Shown here: positions 57,831 to 64,000 of the stretch, in pieces | How the letters are laid out: each line of letters starts with the position of its first letter | Numbering within the stretch: position 1 is the stretch's first letter | NCBI RefSeq assembly: GCF_009914755.1 | Contig: NC_060947.1 | Reading direction: 5' to 3' (one strand) | Source: the human T2T-CHM13v2.0 reference genome, Homo sapiens | Length of the DNA: 64,000 bases | Program-made: the position numbers and the translations under genes | Notes under the pieces: generated by a model | Told to the model about the DNA's origin: nothing | Databases searched by the model: none | Seen by the model: the letters and a program-made list of their open reading frames with translations, nothing else

Positions 57831-57942
57831 GGGGGTGGGGCCAAGATGGCCAAATAGGAACAGCTCCAGTCTACTGCTCCCAGCATGAGCGATGCAGAAG
57901 ATGGGTGATTTTTGCATTTCCAACTGAGGTACCACGTTCATC

Positions 57943-58284
57943 TCACTGGCTAGTGCCAGACAGTTGGTGCAGGACAGCGGGTGCAGCACACTCTGCTTGA
58001 GCCGAAGTAGGGCAAGGCATCACCTTCACCTGGGAAGTGAAAGGGGTCAGGGAATTCCCTTTCCTAGTCAAAGAAAGGGGTGACAGATGGCACCTGGAAA
58101 ATTGGGAGACTCCCACCATAATACTGCACTTTTCCAACAGGCTTAGCAAATGGCACACCAGGAGATTATATCCCGCACCCAGCTCTGAGGGTCCTACGCC
58201 CACGGAGCCTTGCTCATTGCTAGCAAAGCAGTCTGAGATCAAACTGCAAGGCTGCAGCAAGGCTGGGGGAGGGGCACCCGCCAT
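57943..58284 (-). CDS. ORF0: L1 antisense ORF0, open, 113 aa
   Basis: [23 protein letters not shown]...GVGPSELG matches the primate L1 ORF0 N-terminus. ATG lies in a GCAATGG context. Confidence 0.75.
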   Translation of the reverse strand: MAGAPPPALLQPCSLISDCFASNEQGSVGVGPSELGAGYNLLVCHLLSLLEKCSIMVGVSQFSRCHLSPLSLTRKGNSLTPFTSQVKVMPCPTSAQAECAAPAVLHQLSGTSQ

Positions 58285-58858
58285 TGCTTAGGCTTGAATA
58301 GGTAAATAAAGCAGCTGGGAAGCTCGAACTGGGTGGAGCCCACCACAGCTCAAGGAGGCCTGACTGCCCCTGTAGGCTCCACCTCTGGGGGCAGGGCACA
58401 GACAAACAAAAAACAGCAATAACCTCTGCAGATTTAAACGTCCCTGTCTGACAGCTCTGAAGAGAGCAGTGGTTCTCCCAGCATGCAGCTGAGATCTGAG
58501 AATGGGCAGACTGCCTCCTCAAGTGGGTCCCTGACTCCTGAGTAGCCTAACTGGGAGGCACCACCCAGTAGGTGCGGACTGACACCTCACACGGCTGGGT
58601 ACGCCACTGAGACTAAACTTCCAGAGGAACAATAAGGCAGCAGCATTTGCTGTTCACCAATATCTGCTGTTCTGCAGCCACCACTGCTGATACTCAGGTA
58701 AACAGGGTCTGCAGTGGACCTCCAGTAAACTCCAACAGACCTGCAGCTGAGGGTCCTGACTGTTAGAAGGAAAATTAACAAACAGAAAGGACATACACAC
58801 CAAAAACCCATCTGTACGTCACCATCATCAAAGACCAAAGGTAGATAAAACCACAAAG

Positions 58859-59870
58859 ATGGGGAAAAAACAGAGCAGAAAAACCGGAAACTCTAAAACC
58901 TCCCCTCCTCCAAAGGAACGCAGCTCCTCACCAGCAACGGAACAAAGCTGGATGGAGAATGACTTTGACAAGTTGAGAGAAGAAGGCTTCAGAAGATCAA
59001 ACTACTCTGAGCTAAAGGAGGAAGTTTGAACCAATGGCAAAGGAGTTAAAAACTTTGAAAAAAATTAGACGAATGGATAACTAGAATAACCAATGCAGAG
59101 AAGTCCTTAAAGGACCTGATGGAGCAGAAAACCACAGCACGAGAACTACGTGATGAATGCACAAGCCTCAGGAACCAATGTGATCAACTGGAAGAAAGGG
59201 TATCAGTGATGGAAGATGAAATGAATGAAATGAAGCAAGAAGAGAAGTTTAGAGAAAAAAGAATGAAAAGAAATGAACAAAGCCTCAAAGAAATATGGGA
59301 CTATGTGAAAAGACCAAATCTACGTCTGATTGGTGTACCTGAAAGTGACGGGGAGAAAGGAACCAAGCTGGAAAACACTCTACAGGAGATTATCCAGTAG
59401 AACTTCCCCAATCTAGCAAGGCACGCCATCATTCAAATTCAGGAAACACAGAGAACACCACAAAGACACTCCTCGAGAAGAGCAACTCTAAGACACATAA
59501 TTGTCAGATTCACCAAAGCTGAAATGAAGGAAAAAATGTTAAGGGCAGCCAGAGAGAAAGGTCAGGTTACCCACAAAGGGAAGCCAATCGGCCTAACAGC
59601 TGATCTCTCGGCAGAAACTCTACAAGCCAGAAGAGAGTGGGGGCCAATATTCAACATTCTTAAAGAAAAGAATTTTCAACCCAGAATTTCATATCCATCC
59701 AAACTAAGCTTCATAAGTGAAGGAGAAATAAAATACTTTACAGACAAGCAAATGATGAGAGATTTTGTCACCATCAGGCCTTCCCTAAAAGAGCTCCTGA
59801 AGGAAGCACTAAACACCGGAAAGGAACAACTGGTACCACTCACTGCAAAAACATGCCAAATGGTAAAGAC
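58859..59870 (+). pseudogene. L1 ORF1p, disrupted
   Basis: Fragments ARELRDECTSL...RPNLRLIGVPE and MKEKMLRAAREKG, separated by in-frame stops and frameshifts. Confidence 0.92.
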
Positions 59871-59929
59871 CATCGATGCTTGGAAGAAACTGCATCAACT
59901 AACGAGCAAAATAACCAGCTAATATCACA

Positions 59930-63755
<3,826 letters not shown>

Positions 63756-64000
63756 ACAATGAGAACACATGGACACAGGAAGGGGAACATCACACACTGG
63801 GGACAGTTGTAGGGTGGGGGGAGGGGCGAGGGACAGCATTAGGATATATACCTAATGCTAAACGACGAGTTATTGGGTGCAGAACACCAACATGTCACAT
63901 GTATACATATGTAACAAACCTGCATGTTGTGCACATGTACCCTAAAACTTAAAGTATAAAAAAAAATTAGCCAAGCTTGATCGTGGGCACCTGTAATCCC

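Overview
Primate (human or great-ape-like) genomic DNA, judged from AluJ/S/Y, L1PA, THE1, MLT2/ERVL, LTR47-type ERV and MADE1 elements. Most of the window is a pile of nested, decayed retroelements. It holds four near-full-length L1PA copies, older L1M pieces, about 15 Alus, a split ERVL provirus, a two-LTR THE1 element, an env-bearing class III ERV and an HMGB1-like 3'UTR retrocopy. Nearly all ORFs in the track are broken L1/ERV frames or antisense noise. The main unique DNA is about 1.0-7.3 kb. It seems to hold the last two exons and poly(A) signal of an unidentified + strand gene, and a decayed minus-strand coding-like repeat. I see no intact novel gene system. The most interesting signals are mechanistic. 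(1) A ~178-bp inverted copy of the putative terminal splice-acceptor region sits at the 5' junction of an L1 insertion 7 kb away. (2) An old L1 carries a ~0.5-kb 3' transduction inside its TSDs, plus three self-templated repair scars. (3) Two inverted full-length L1PA3/4 copies with separate TSDs share private variants, including an ORF2 frameshift. Subfamily labels come from remembered diagnostic motifs and need RepeatMasker confirmation.
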